In this document: positions 10,031-20,241 of the stretch, one piece after another | Layout of the letters: every line of letters begins with the position of its first letter | Position numbering within the stretch: position 1 is the stretch's first letter | DNA from: Erysipelotrichaceae bacterium | Lineage (GTDB): Bacteria; Bacillota_I; Bacilli_A; Erysipelotrichales; Erysipelotrichaceae | Direction of reading: 5' to 3' | Length of the DNA stretch: 32,000 nucleotides | NCBI GenBank assembly: GCA_030604855.1 | Contig: JAUVVC010000008.1 | Coordinates: forward strand, 30,001 to 62,000 | Notes under the pieces: generated by a model | What the model was told of the DNA's origin: nothing | Seen by the model: only the letters and a program-made list of their open reading frames with translations | The model's database searches: none | Position numbers and translations under genes: made by a program

Positions 10031-11017
10031 GTGAAAAAAGTACGTTTAGGTTCAAGCGAATTGATGGTATCACAGATTTGCTTGGGTTGTATGGGCTTTG
10101 GAGATTCGGATCAAGGGATGCACAAGTGGACTTTGGATTATGAAGAATCCAAAACCATCATTGCTTATGCATTGGACAAGGGAATCAATTTCTTTGATAC
10201 AGCAATGGCGTATCAAAGTGGAACGAGTGAAATCTATTTAGGATGTGCTCTGAAAGAACTTGCTAAGCGAGAAGATGTCGTGATTGCGACAAAGTATACA
10301 CCGCGTACGCTTGAACAAATTCAAATGGGTATCAGTGCAGAGGAACACATAAATACCTGCTTAAAGAATAGTTTAGATCGACTAAGCACAGATTATATCG
10401 ACCTCTATATCATGCACATGTGGGATGCGAGTACCCCCATTGATGAATCCTTGAGAATTCTACATGCGACGGTATTGAGTGGAAAAGTAAAGGCGATTGG
10501 TATTTCGAACTGTTTTGCTTGGCAATTGGCAGAGGCCAATGTGATTGCGAAAGCTAAAGGCTATACACCCTTTACGTCCGTCCAAGGACACTACAATCTC
10601 ATTTTTAGGGAAGAAGAACGTGAGATGCGCCCCTATTGCACAAGTCACGATGTGGCAATGACACCTTACAGCGCACTCGCATCAGGTCGTCTCTCAAAAA
10701 GACCAGACGAAAAATCACAGCGTCTTGTGCTCGATAAGTTTGCAAAGGGTAAGTACGATGCGACCAAGGAACAAGATTCTTTGATCATCGAGCGCGTCAT
10801 GGAACTAGCAGATCGTAAAGCCGTATCCATGACAGAAATATCGTTAGCGTGGTTGTTAAATAAAGTCACGTCACCTGTTGTTGGGGCGACAAAAACAACC
10901 CACATCGATGGAGCTATCAAGGCGAGTCAACTGATATTGAGCCCTGAAGAATGTGCCTATCTTGAAGAACCCTATACCCCACATCCTTTGGTTGGGGTCA
11001 TGGCTAAACAAGGTTAA
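10031..11017 (+). CDS. Aldo/keto reductase (NAD(P)H-dependent oxidoreductase)
   Basis: 328 aa. GTG start after AAGGAGA. AKR hallmarks are LGCMGFG, INFFDTAMAY, YIDLYIMH and GISN. Confidence 0.9.
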   Translation: MKKVRLGSSELMVSQICLGCMGFGDSDQGMHKWTLDYEESKTIIAYALDKGINFFDTAMAYQSGTSEIYLGCALKELAKREDVVIATKYTPRTLEQIQMGISAEEHINTCLKNSLDRLSTDYIDLYIMHMWDASTPIDESLRILHATVLSGKVKAIGISNCFAWQLAEANVIAKAKGYTPFTSVQGHYNLIFREEEREMRPYCTSHDVAMTPYSALASGRLSKRPDEKSQRLVLDKFAKGKYDATKEQDSLIIERVMELADRKAVSMTEISLAWLLNKVTSPVVGATKTTHIDGAIKASQLILSPEECAYLEEPYTPHPLVGVMAKQG

Positions 11018-11021
11018 CTAC

Positions 11022-11050
11022 AAACCGTGATTAAGTTCATGGTTTTTCTT
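11022..11050 (+). terminator. Rho-independent terminator after the reductase gene
   Basis: AAACCGTGA (11022-11030) pairs with TCATGGTTT (11037-11045) with one G-U pair, followed by TTTCTT. Confidence 0.6.
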
Positions 11051-11074
11051 TACAACAAATAAATACTATCTTAC

Positions 11075-11097
11075 TATATCACTATATGATATATCAC
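11075..11097 (+). promoter_or_regulatory. Candidate PadR operator / promoter region
   Basis: Inverted repeat ATATCA (11076-11081) / TGATAT (11087-11092), plus a direct repeat of TATATCAC (11075-11082 and 11090-11097). It lies immediately upstream of the padR-like SD GAGGTGA. Confidence 0.4.
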
Positions 11098-11110
11098 GAG
11101 GTGAGTGTAA

Positions 11111-11428
11111 ATGGAAATATCTCCATCCTTATTCCATTTCTTATTGGTTCTCCTTAAACCTTTGCATGGCTATCAAATCATGCAAGAAGTTGAAAAAGCT
11201 TCAGGAGGAGAATTGACCATGGGTGCTGGAACTTGTTATGGCTTGATTGCGCGTTGTCTACAAGAGAAGTTAATAGAATTGGTGGAAGAGGTTGATCGCA
11301 AGAAGATTTACCGTGTGACACGTAAGGGTCGCGATATGCTTCAAGATGAGATCGACCGCATGCAGAAGCAGTTGAACATGACGAAGGATTATTTGGGGGA
11401 AATTTATGATCAAAGCATTAAAGTATGA
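11111..11428 (+). CDS. PadR-family transcriptional regulator
   Basis: 105 aa winged-HTH. LLVLLKPLHGYQIMQEVEKASGG...YRVTRKGR matches the PadR pattern. Confidence 0.88.
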   Translation: MEISPSLFHFLLVLLKPLHGYQIMQEVEKASGGELTMGAGTCYGLIARCLQEKLIELVEEVDRKKIYRVTRKGRDMLQDEIDRMQKQLNMTKDYLGEIYDQSIKV

Positions 11429-12461
11429 TCCTTATTTACAGACTGAAGAATTCATTGCGTGGCTTGAAACCTATGCTTTGGAAGGGTGGTTCATCAATGG
11501 GTTGAACCAAGACGATATCTGGGTAAGCTTTCATAGAGCTGAACCGCAACGTGTCCATTATTGTGTGTTCACGATTGAAGATTCGAAGTCATTCAATCGC
11601 ACAGAATTTCTAGAGATCGCCAAAGCACAAGGTTGGGAATTAGTAGGAAATCAAACCTATCTACGTGAATTATTTTTGTTTATCAGTCATGAAGAGAATC
11701 TGATCCCGCTGGAAACAGATCCCATTGAACTGGAAAATAAGAATCGTCGACTGAAGCGAAACGCCTTGTGGTTTGTTGGCTTAGGCATCTTGGCGATTGT
11801 GACCTACTTGATACCGAGGAAGAATGGTACCTATTTTCAATGGTTTCCCGTGCTGGCTTATACTTACCTAAGTTTGATCCATGTCGTACAAGCCTTGCGA
11901 ACAGCGTATTCGACAAATGCAACCGTGACGAAACGAAAGCGAGTCGCAAGCATCGTAAAGATGATTCGAGTTTCAATGGTGAGTGGATTCTTAGTGGTCT
12001 TAATGGGTGTAATCGTGGCATTCTTACACAACTCACAAGTTGAAGTTGAGGAAAACTCTCTCATTAGTTGGGAGATACCTGATCAAGCTGAACTTGTTCA
12101 TGCGACCTATACGCAGTCGCGTTTCAGTTTGTTGCCCAATGAAACAGCTATGATGACGATTGTAGAGAACGAAGTATTAACCAAAAGCATCTATCAGTCT
12201 AAACAGAATTACATAGTATTATCAGGTTTGGATTTTCGCAAAATCGTGGATAAAGAATTGGATTGGTTCCGTTATGATCCGATATTGAAGTATGAAGTGA
12301 TCGATGGAAATTCATTGGAACGTGTTCTCTTGAAATCAAACAGTGGAATGGAATACTTAAGCTACATCAAGCGTGGAAATACGATACTCAGCTTACACAC
12401 CATCAATCTAACTCAAGACGAACATCGTGCCTTATTGGCGAAGATGGAGGTAGAGGCATGA
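11406..12461 (+). CDS. DUF2812-like membrane protein (typical PadR partner)
   Basis: 351 aa. The N-terminal soluble segment contains FIAWLETYALEGWFINGL, which resembles the E-WL-x-MA-x-KGW-L signature as I recall it for DUF2812. Two central TM helices. Overlaps padR by 23 nt, with SD GGGGGA upstream. Confidence 0.7.
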   Translation: MIKALKYDPYLQTEEFIAWLETYALEGWFINGLNQDDIWVSFHRAEPQRVHYCVFTIEDSKSFNRTEFLEIAKAQGWELVGNQTYLRELFLFISHEENLIPLETDPIELENKNRRLKRNALWFVGLGILAIVTYLIPRKNGTYFQWFPVLAYTYLSLIHVVQALRTAYSTNATVTKRKRVASIVKMIRVSMVSGFLVVLMGVIVAFLHNSQVEVEENSLISWEIPDQAELVHATYTQSRFSLLPNETAMMTIVENEVLTKSIYQSKQNYIVLSGLDFRKIVDKELDWFRYDPILKYEVIDGNSLERVLLKSNSGMEYLSYIKRGNTILSLHTINLTQDEHRALLAKMEVEA

Positions 12462-13093
12462 ATCAACGGATCTTCTTTACTGGGGTGCTCTTAATCATCG
12501 TCTTCGTTATTTCGAGTTTTAGACCCTTGCCAATGAACATCTATCGCATTGCAGGACGAAGTGAGTATGATATTCGCTACCAAGCACGACGAACCATTGA
12601 AAAGTATGATCATGAAGAATCGGAATGGTCAAAACTGAACCTCGTGCCAATTGAATATGTATCAAACTGTTACTCACAGTGGGATCACTGGGTGGCGAAT
12701 GGTCTAGCGGATCGCTTGGGTAAGCCCATCGCTTGGCAACGGATTGTCCAATGGAATTACGAATGCGACGAAGGTAAGGAGCGCTATAATCCAACGGATC
12801 AATATACGATCCTTTTATCCACAAATCCCATGGCGGCCTATCCTAGAAACAGTGTCTTCGAAAATCATTTGATAACGAATCAAGGCATCCAAGTAGATTA
12901 TTCAACACAATGGGAGTACCCCTATACAAACAATGGGGAGACTTATCTCTACATACAAGTTCGATACGCTTTCAAGCATGAAGATAAGCATGTGTTCATA
13001 GATCAAGTATTTATGGATCAAGATGTGATTGAAAAAGACATTGCCTTATGGGTGGATACGCTTGTGAATGAATTAAAAACGGTGCTCGAATGA
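12458..13093 (+). CDS. Hypothetical protein with an N-terminal membrane anchor or signal sequence
   Basis: 211 aa. Its start overlaps the upstream stop (ATGA). One N-terminal hydrophobic helix is followed by a Trp/Tyr-rich soluble domain. No recognisable motif. Confidence 0.65.
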   Translation: MNQRIFFTGVLLIIVFVISSFRPLPMNIYRIAGRSEYDIRYQARRTIEKYDHEESEWSKLNLVPIEYVSNCYSQWDHWVANGLADRLGKPIAWQRIVQWNYECDEGKERYNPTDQYTILLSTNPMAAYPRNSVFENHLITNQGIQVDYSTQWEYPYTNNGETYLYIQVRYAFKHEDKHVFIDQVFMDQDVIEKDIALWVDTLVNELKTVLE

Positions 13094-13104
13094 GCATCGT
13101 TTAG

Positions 13105-13572
13105 TTATTTGAAATCGTCTATGATAATTTTCTTCATCTCCAACAGTTTTTCCATAGCCAACTTTGCTCTCTGTTCATCCTTGGGATACAAGACATCTTC
13201 AATTCCTTTAGGAATGATCTGCCAGCTTAAACCAAATTGGTCTTTGCACCAACCACAGGCTTCTGAGTCGGGATCTTTCGAAAGTTGGTCCCAATAGAAA
13301 TCAATCTCTGCTTGGTCATCACATTCGATCACAAATGAAATGGCTTCATTTAATTTAAAATGAGGTCCTCCATTAAGCGCTTGAAAGCGTTGGCTCATGA
13401 TGGTGAAATCAACCGTTAGAATGGATCCTATCGGTTTTCCACTTGGATTCTCCGTGGTGTAATAATGAATTTCACCCAAGTGACTGTTGGGAAACAATTT
13501 GGTATAGAACGTAGCGGCTTCAAGGGCTTGGTCATCAAACCAAAGCTCCGTAATCAGTCCATGTGTTGGCAT
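13105..13572 (-). CDS. VOC-superfamily protein, PhnB / 3-demethylubiquinone-9 3-methyltransferase-domain type
   Basis: ITELWFDDQALEAATFYTKLFPNS ... GWCKDQFGLSWQI is characteristic of this family. I placed the start at ATG 13572 (SD AAGGAGG 7 nt upstream) rather than the track's GTG at 13593. Confidence 0.85.
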   Translation of the reverse strand: MPTHGLITELWFDDQALEAATFYTKLFPNSHLGEIHYYTTENPSGKPIGSILTVDFTIMSQRFQALNGGPHFKLNEAISFVIECDDQAEIDFYWDQLSKDPDSEACGWCKDQFGLSWQIIPKGIEDVLYPKDEQRAKLAMEKLLEMKKIIIDDFK

Positions 13573-13718
13573 AGAAGCCTCCTTCTTTTCCACATCATAA
13601 CATTCTCTTTAAAATGTGAGTTGAAAGATAATCTTATCAAGCGGATCAATGACACATATTTAGGATACTATGCATTCACCCTAGTCTTATTTCGTGATAA
13701 ACTTATTCACAAGGAAAC

Positions 13719-15374
13719 ATGCAAAATATCAATCGAAAACGACTACTCATCGGCATCGGATTAATCACATTCATATTGATGATGTTTTTATTGAGCCGAA
13801 ATGACCAACGTGAAGATTTTCATCTGATCATCGGCAAGATGCAAGAAGTCAAAGGACCTTGGACGGTAAGCAGCCAAGGTGTCATTCAAGAAAACATATC
13901 GCTGCCTTATGATTTGGGCTTGGATGCGAATGTGCGATACAGCGCTTCAACACGCATTCCGCTTTTCTCAGACAAGCAAGATACTTTATTGATTCGTTCT
14001 TCAATGCAGGATTTCTGGGTTTACATCGATGATGTCCTAATTCATGAACACATCCAACCTGAACCTCAAATCATTCACAGTCCTCCAACAAGTTTGTGGA
14101 TTCTGGTCGATATGCCTGACAATTCTGCAGGCAAAACACTCAGAATTGATTTTGTTTCACAGGTTAAAGCCTTTTCAGGCGTGATCAATGCCATCCATTT
14201 GGATCGTAAATCCATGATCCTTCATGATCTCTTCGTTTCACAAAGTTTTGGCTTTGCGGTGTTCTTGTTGTTGGCGCTCTTGGGCGTCATTTCGATCGGG
14301 ACTTCATTTGCAATCAAGAATGCACAAGATTTACGTCTTTTCTATCTAGGTTTCATGTCCATCACATCGGGGATGTGGATACTTGCGGAGTCCAGGCTCT
14401 TGCAATTTTTCATTGGGAATCGTTTCATCTTAGGTTCAGTGGCTTATCTCATGATCCCCATCATTGCTTTCTTCTTTGCCCTTTACATCAAAGAAGCCAT
14501 CATCACACAAGCAAAGTCTAAACAACATTTGAAATACCTGGCCATTCTATTTGTTGCTTTGGTTCTGATCAATGTGACTCTACAGATAACGGGTGTCATG
14601 GTATACATTGAGATGATGCAGTATACCCTACCCATCATTTTGATCAGTGCGATTTATGCGGCGTATTTGATTGTCTTGGAAATAACAGTACATAACAATA
14701 AAGAAGCAGAACGCTTCGTTAAGTTCACGATCATCTTATTGGTCAGTTTGGTCTTGGAAATCGGATCCTTTTTCATACAAGCATTTAGTTCGATATCATC
14801 TTACTTTAGAATCGGTGTCGTTATCTTCTTTGGGATGCTGGCGATCGACACGTTCATCTACGTTCGGTCCAACATGCGCTTGCGAGATGAAACACTCCTA
14901 TTGGAGAAACTTGCGTATAAAGATTTTCTCACCGGTGGGTTCAATCGAACGGCGTATGAACGCGATGTTCAAGCCTATCTCGACAATCAAAAGAGTTTCC
15001 GCTTGATCCTCTTGGACTTGAATGAACTGAAGCACATCAATGATACCTATGGACATAATCAAGGCGATGAAGCCATTCGTTTGGTCTTCAATGCGATGGT
15101 GAATGGTTTCTTGCATGGGAAATGTTATCGCATCGGTGGAGATGAGTTTGCGGTTTTGATCGATGATGTGGATTCAAATCGTTACCAACACTGTCTGGAG
15201 AATTTCCAAAGCATCTTAAACGAAACGACCAAGGATTTCTTATATCCGATCTATGTGGCGGTTGGCAGCGACATCTACCGTTATGGGGATTGGGATAATT
15301 ATTCCCGTTTCTACCACCATGTGGATCAGAAGATGTATGTGAATAAAAAGAAAATCAAGAATAATAAAAAATAG
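13719..15374 (+). CDS. Diguanylate cyclase: N-terminal extracytoplasmic domain, 7TM sensor module and C-terminal GGDEF domain
   Basis: 551 aa. A signal-anchor and periplasmic-type domain, seven hydrophobic helices (7TMR-DISM-like layout), then FLTGGFNRTAYE ... HINDTYGHNQGDEAIR ... RIGGDEFAVL with an intact GGDEF motif. Confidence 0.9.
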   Translation: MQNINRKRLLIGIGLITFILMMFLLSRNDQREDFHLIIGKMQEVKGPWTVSSQGVIQENISLPYDLGLDANVRYSASTRIPLFSDKQDTLLIRSSMQDFWVYIDDVLIHEHIQPEPQIIHSPPTSLWILVDMPDNSAGKTLRIDFVSQVKAFSGVINAIHLDRKSMILHDLFVSQSFGFAVFLLLALLGVISIGTSFAIKNAQDLRLFYLGFMSITSGMWILAESRLLQFFIGNRFILGSVAYLMIPIIAFFFALYIKEAIITQAKSKQHLKYLAILFVALVLINVTLQITGVMVYIEMMQYTLPIILISAIYAAYLIVLEITVHNNKEAERFVKFTIILLVSLVLEIGSFFIQAFSSISSYFRIGVVIFFGMLAIDTFIYVRSNMRLRDETLLLEKLAYKDFLTGGFNRTAYERDVQAYLDNQKSFRLILLDLNELKHINDTYGHNQGDEAIRLVFNAMVNGFLHGKCYRIGGDEFAVLIDDVDSNRYQHCLENFQSILNETTKDFLYPIYVAVGSDIYRYGDWDNYSRFYHHVDQKMYVNKKKIKNNKK

Positions 15375-15395
15375 AGTTCGCGTGAACTCTATTTT
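15368..15395. terminator. Bidirectional terminator shared by the convergent GGDEF and esterase genes
   Basis: A 12-bp stem, AAAATAGAGTTC (15368-15379) with GAACTCTATTTT (15384-15395), around a 4-nt loop. It overlaps both stop codons. Confidence 0.7.
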
Positions 15396-15979
15396 AATAA
15401 CCAGACTTTGATGGCATCCAGCTCACTTTGGGTGAGACGATGTCCATTGTTTTCCCAATGAAGATGTACCTTGGCATGGGCTTCACGAAGCAGGCGTTCC
15501 AACTCAATGCTTTGCTCAGGTGGACAGATGGGATCGTTTTTCCCCGCTCCAATGAAGATGGATACATCGCTTAAATCGGGAAGTTCTTTACGAAGAGGGA
15601 CCATAGGATGAAGTAGGATGGCCCTATCAAAAGCGTTCTGGTAATGAAACAAAATGCTTGCGGCAATGTTCGCTCCGTTTGAATAGCCCAATGCGATGAC
15701 TTTCGTCCGATCGAAACCATATTCAATGGCTTTCATATTCACGAAATCATGAAGCTGATGCGTACGAAAAACCAAATCTTCTTCATCAAAGACGCCTTCT
15801 GCCAAACGTTTGAAGAAGCGGTTCATGCCGTGTTCTTGGATCTCACCACGAACACTTAAGACGTTGAAGTTGGGATTCAGATATTGGGCAATGCCGAGAA
15901 GGTCATGCTCATCGCCCCCTGTCCCATGCAATAAAAGAAAGGTGTAAGTGGATTTGTGGTCTTTAAAGATGTGTTTCAT
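15389..15979 (-). CDS. Phospholipase/carboxylesterase-family alpha/beta hydrolase (MhqD-like)
   Basis: 196 aa. LLLHGTGGDEHDL, nucleophile elbow GYSNGAN, and a C-terminal His (NNGHRL). Last gene of the dioxygenase-MarR-esterase operon. Confidence 0.85.
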   Translation of the reverse strand: MKHIFKDHKSTYTFLLLHGTGGDEHDLLGIAQYLNPNFNVLSVRGEIQEHGMNRFFKRLAEGVFDEEDLVFRTHQLHDFVNMKAIEYGFDRTKVIALGYSNGANIAASILFHYQNAFDRAILLHPMVPLRKELPDLSDVSIFIGAGKNDPICPPEQSIELERLLREAHAKVHLHWENNGHRLTQSELDAIKVWLLK

Positions 15980-16389
15980 GAGGCTTTACCAATTTTCTTT
16001 AAGAGGGATTGAAGTTGTCCTTCTTCCTCGGGTGTCAGCTTATCTAAGGTGAGGCGCAGTGTTTCGACATGTTTCGGATAGATCTCATCCATCAAGGCTT
16101 TACCCTTCGTACTGAGATGGACATGATGGATACGGTTATCTTTAGGATCCATGACTTTGGTGATCAGATCCTTATCCAATAAACGTTCAATGACATAACT
16201 CATGCTTGAACTGGCAATCAATACCTTTTCCTTAATGGCTTGGACGGGAAGTGGTCCTTTATGATACAGAACTTCCAACGCACCAAACTCACTGGTGTTC
16301 AAGCCATGGCAGCGCATGTCATCGCGGATGAGGTTTTCAAGTTTGTTTTGGGTTCGAAAGAGGATGGTAATGGTTTTCAGATCATTCAT
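15976..16389 (-). CDS. MarR-family transcriptional repressor (MhqR-like)
   Basis: 137 aa winged-HTH of MarR type (LNTSEFGALEVLYHKGPLPVQAIKEKVLIASSSMSYVIERL). Overlaps both neighbours, by 8 nt and 4 nt. Confidence 0.88.
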   Translation of the reverse strand: MNDLKTITILFRTQNKLENLIRDDMRCHGLNTSEFGALEVLYHKGPLPVQAIKEKVLIASSSMSYVIERLLDKDLITKVMDPKDNRIHHVHLSTKGKALMDEIYPKHVETLRLTLDKLTPEEEGQLQSLLKKIGKAS

Positions 16390-17371
16390 TGAAATACTCC
16401 TTCACATAACTTTTCGTGCTGCGTACGGTGTCGATGGGGCGTACCACGGATTCCACATATGCACGCTTATCTCTGAAGCGAGGAGGCAAGGCAAGGATCT
16501 CACCTAAGGTTTCATAGGGTTCTTCATCATCGATGAAGCCAGGACCTTCGGTCGCAAATTCAAACAAAATGCCAGGGTATAAACGGGTGTAGAGGGATTT
16601 GAAATAGAAGCGATCCACAAAACCAGAATGACCGGCCCCAACACTGTTGAGACGTTGAATCCATTGATCCAGTTCCGCTTTATCTTCGATTCTAAAGGCC
16701 ACATGGTGGACGCCACCATAACCTTGATACGCTAAAGGTAAGCTCACCGTTTCAAGAATGACGCTGGCTCCATTGCCTCCTTCACCCATTTCGTAGAGAT
16801 GGTAAGAACCTTCACTTTGTGTGTGGCGCATGTCCATGATTTGGGTTAGGACTTTGCTCATGCCATCCAGTTTACTGACTCTGAAGAAAATGGGTCCTAA
16901 GCCGGTGATTCCATATTCCACAGGCACAGGTCCATTCAACCAAGGGGTGCCGGATCCGATGCCAACATTGTTTTCGTCCGAGAAGAGGGCGTATTCTTGA
17001 TCATCAAAGTCGACAAAGAACAAGGCTTTCTTGCCAAAGACATTGCGAATGGGTTCTTGAGCGACATTGTAATGCTTGAAGCGTTTGACCCAGTAGTCCA
17101 GTGCCGCATCATTCGCTACTCTTAAACCGATACGCGAGATCTCATTCGCACCGCGTTGGGCTTTACTGATGCCTTGGAAGTCAAAGAAGGTCACGTCGGT
17201 ACCCGCATTGCCACGATCGTCCGCAAAGAAGAGATGATAGGTATTGATGTCATCTTGATTGACGGTCTTTTTGACAAGACGCATGCCTAAGATATTTGTA
17301 AAGAATTGATAATTTTTTTCTGCACTGCTTGTGATGGCCGTGACATGATGGATGCCTTTAAGTGGATTCAT
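16382..17371 (-). CDS. Ring-cleaving dioxygenase of the glyoxalase/VOC family (MhqA/MhqE/MhqO-like)
   Basis: 329 aa with two VOC modules. N-terminal GIHHVTAITS and second-module GGVHHVAFRIED metal-ligand motifs. SD AAGGAGA upstream. Confidence 0.88.
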   Translation of the reverse strand: MNPLKGIHHVTAITSSAEKNYQFFTNILGMRLVKKTVNQDDINTYHLFFADDRGNAGTDVTFFDFQGISKAQRGANEISRIGLRVANDAALDYWVKRFKHYNVAQEPIRNVFGKKALFFVDFDDQEYALFSDENNVGIGSGTPWLNGPVPVEYGITGLGPIFFRVSKLDGMSKVLTQIMDMRHTQSEGSYHLYEMGEGGNGASVILETVSLPLAYQGYGGVHHVAFRIEDKAELDQWIQRLNSVGAGHSGFVDRFYFKSLYTRLYPGILFEFATEGPGFIDDEEPYETLGEILALPPRFRDKRAYVESVVRPIDTVRSTKSYVKEYFNE

Positions 17372-17397
17372 AGTGTTTCTCCTTAGGATATGTCTCT

Positions 17398-17426
17398 ATA
17401 TTATTTCGAATTCGAAATGAATTCAA
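17398..17426 (-). promoter_or_regulatory. Promoter of the mhq-like operon with an embedded perfect palindromic operator
   Basis: On the minus strand: TTGAAT (-35, 17421-17426), a 17-nt spacer, then TAATAT (-10, 17398-17403). The spacer holds the perfect 16-bp palindrome ATTTCGAATTCGAAAT (17403-17418). Its TCGAATTCGA core matches the MhqR operator of Bacillus/Staphylococcus as I recall it (TATCTCGAATTCGAGATA). Confidence 0.7.
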
Positions 17427-17454
17427 GGATCATGCTCAAAGAAGGAATGACGTC

Positions 17455-17482
17455 AAAAGAAAAAAGCGATTGCTCGCTTTTA
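17455..17482 (-). terminator. Rho-independent terminator of the 3-hydroxyacyl-CoA dehydrogenase gene
   Basis: The minus strand reads TAAAAGCGAGCAATCGCTTTTTTCTTTT. The AAGCGA/TCGCTT stem has a 4-nt loop and a long U-run, and overlaps the stop codon. Confidence 0.7.
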
Positions 17483-18418
17483 CTCTTCTTCAAATAAGGT
17501 TTTTGCCAACTTGGTAAACATCGTATCACGATAGCGGATGACTTCCGCATCTCGACCATTGGAATAATCATAGAAACCTTTGCCTGTCTTGACACCCAGG
17601 TTATTGTTATCGACGCATTCTTTGATTAAGCCAAAGGGTTCTTTCGCATCACAGAGATCCGGGAAGGTGTATTTGGAGATATTGTTATGGATGTCCAAAC
17701 CACCAAGGTCACAGATTTCAAATGGTCCAAAGGCTGCGTATCTGAATCCCAACGCATACTTCATCACATCATCGACGCCTTCAGGAGTCGCAATGCCTTC
17801 TTGTACGATGTACAAAGCTTCGCGCAAGATGGCTTGTTGAATACGATTCAACACAAAACTTGGGGCATCCTTGACTTTGACCGGTCTTTTCTTAAGTTCA
17901 AGCGCAAAATCATAAACAATTTGAATTGTCTCATCAGAGGTCAATTTCGCTTGGATGACTTCAATCAAAGGAATGATATGGGGAGGGTTCATCCAATGCA
18001 TGCCTGCGAAACGTTCTGGATGTTCAACGGCCTCCGCAATCGCAGTGATGCTTAAGCCTGAAGTGTTTGAACAGAGAATGGCATCTGGTCGAACCAAGGC
18101 CGACACTTCTTTCCAAAATTTGTGTTTGACTTCTAGGTTCTCCAAGATGGCTTCGATGAGGAAATCACTGTCTTTAAGGTCTTGAAGTTCATGAGTGTAA
18201 TGTATTTTTTGTTTCAATGCATCGGATTGTGTTTGTGTGACAATGCCCTGTTTGATCCAAGTCTCTTGATTTAGATCCACCAAACGTTGTGCCTTTTCTA
18301 AGGCTGTCTCAAAAATATCAAAGACTTTGACTTCATATCCAAATAAAGCAAAGGTTTGAGCAAGGGATGCCCCCATTGTGCCGGCACCCGCAACTGAAAT
18401 GTGTTTGAAATTAGACAT
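17480..18418 (-). CDS. 3-hydroxyacyl-CoA dehydrogenase family protein (NAD-binding; Hbd-like)
   Basis: 312 aa. N-terminal Rossmann motif ISVAGAGTMGASLAQTFALFGYEVKVFD, NTSGLSIT, and C-terminal GVKTGKGFYDY. SD AAGGAGAA. Confidence 0.88.
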   Translation of the reverse strand: MSNFKHISVAGAGTMGASLAQTFALFGYEVKVFDIFETALEKAQRLVDLNQETWIKQGIVTQTQSDALKQKIHYTHELQDLKDSDFLIEAILENLEVKHKFWKEVSALVRPDAILCSNTSGLSITAIAEAVEHPERFAGMHWMNPPHIIPLIEVIQAKLTSDETIQIVYDFALELKKRPVKVKDAPSFVLNRIQQAILREALYIVQEGIATPEGVDDVMKYALGFRYAAFGPFEICDLGGLDIHNNISKYTFPDLCDAKEPFGLIKECVDNNNLGVKTGKGFYDYSNGRDAEVIRYRDTMFTKLAKTLFEEE

Positions 18419-18433
18419 AGTTCTCCTTAGCGA

Positions 18434-18447
18434 TGTAAGCGCTTATA
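18434..18447. promoter_or_regulatory. Candidate cre (CcpA) site in the leader of the dehydrogenase gene
   Basis: TGTAAGCGCTTATA matches TGWAANCGNTNWCA at 13 of 14 positions. It lies between a minus-strand extended -10 (TGaTATACT, plus-strand coordinates 18454-18462) and the SD (18421-18428), which is a roadblock position. Confidence 0.5.
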
Positions 18448-18653
18448 TGCATTAGTATATCAAACTGAAAACCGAACTTGTGAGAAATCATTAAGTTCTA
18501 ATAAGTTCGTTCTTATACACACGATAAGTTTGGATTATACATGGTCAATGCGATAAGTTTCTAATTATGATCGATGAAAGTGAAGATTGAACGAAATAAG
18601 CTTCCATACCTGTCCATGAGTCTTGTATCACTAACCCAGCTTGCTTAAACTGA

Positions 18654-20177
<1,524 letters not shown>

Positions 20178-20241
20178 TGTGATTTTGATGCAAATACGCT
20201 GCAGTGTGCTAAGCTATTTGCATTAAAGATGGAGTAAACCG

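Noticed and set aside
20188-20223. Hairpin ATGCAAATA-N18-TATTTGCAT after the second GH1 gene, considered as its terminator.
   Set aside because: The loop is large (18 nt) and there is no U-tract. Calling it a terminator is not justified, so it is mentioned only as context for the GNAT/DUF2200 finding.
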